From contig JAQGDQ010001280.1 of NCBI GenBank assembly GCA_030141605.1, positions 1 to 49,798 of the forward strand: a DNA stretch of 49,798 nt. Reading direction: 5' to 3'. The position numbers and the translations under genes are program-made. This document shows positions 49,000 to 49,798 of the stretch, piece by piece (the stretch's first letter is position 1; every line of letters begins with the position of its first letter). The notes beneath the pieces were generated by a model. The model was not told the origin of the DNA. It was given only the letters and a program-made list of their open reading frames with translations, and made no database searches. This DNA is from Tubiluchus corallicola (lineage: Eukaryota; Animalia; Priapulida).

Positions 49000-49580
49000 A
49001 TGGCAGCAACAATAAAAAAAACTGGAAAAGTACAACAAACAGAAAGATGAGAAACTGGATGAAGTAGAAATGTATACGAGAAGAGATTGTCTGGAAATAA
49101 CAGGAGTCCCTATTATTTGAAGGAGAAGACACAAATGCTATAGTTCTAAGTTTGGCTGCTACCATGGATGCGAATCATCGTGAGCACCAAGCGAGGAGTA
49201 GACTAGCACCACCCATAGATATTAACCTGACTGAAAATGACATAAGCATGTCTCACCGGCTACCACCACCAAAGAAGGGAATGTGTTACAAGGTAATTGT
49301 GAAATTTACAAGAAGAGATGTAAGAAACCAATTCTATGAAAAAAGAAGACATGCAGGTAATGCTGATATGCTTACCGTAGCTAAATATAACAGCAGTAAA
49401 ATCTATGTTAATGAATCTCTAACGCAAATGAAGAGAAAACTGCTGTTTCAATGTCGAAGCGTAAAACGAAATAAGAACATGAAATATTGATGGACTGTAA
49501 ATGGAAAAATCAAAATGAGCGTAAATGATAGCAGCCCTGTTATCTCAATAAATAGTGAAGACGACTTAAACATGGTTTAG
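49000..49580 (+). mobile_element. Decayed LINE ORF1-like protein (Transposase_22/FP25K-like RRM-CTD)
   Basis: EMYTRRDCLEITGVP, DISMSHRL, VIVKFTRR, IYVNESLT, WTVNGKI and INSEDDL motifs, with stops and a frameshift. Confidence 0.75.
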
Positions 49581-49798
49581 ATAGAACCCAGCTATATACA
49601 GATATCCTACATCTGTGTATATAAATTGTTGTAAATTAAATGGTAATTCAGTATACCTGCACTGGATGTATGCTTGCTTGCAAAATTAATCAGAATGCCC
49701 TGTAGTGTGAAATTTGTAGGAAATGGTGTCATCTTAAATGCACCATGATAACAATGCAAGACTTTCAAAAGTTGGCTAATTCAGACATTCCTTTTTAT

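Overview
AT-rich, microsatellite- and transposon-rich eukaryotic DNA, probably from a marine invertebrate (inferred from the fibropellin-like EGF proteins and the LINE/MITE spectrum). The main content is a head-to-tail array of four paralogous genes on the minus strand (about 25.9-45.7 kb), each with an uninterrupted coding region. They share one architecture: signal peptide, divergent CUB-like domain, one atypical EGF, a variable array of Notch/fibropellin-type EGF repeats (18, 4, 9 and about 15), a WAP four-disulfide core, one TM helix and a divergent cytoplasmic tail. Two copies are intact. One has an in-frame stop just after the TM that hides a 63-codon open tail. One is a pseudogene with two stops and several frameshifts. 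Different paralogs amplified different EGF modules, which gives them different lengths and different predicted glycosylation motifs. The rest of the window holds piggyBac-like, hAT-like and TA-target MITEs, a foldback-like element, several LINE fragments, a Gypsy integrase fragment followed by a C2H2-finger ORF, a 5S-derived SINE candidate, a 0.6 kb inverted repeat bracketing gene 1, and many simple repeats. All calls were made by eye, and no searches were run.
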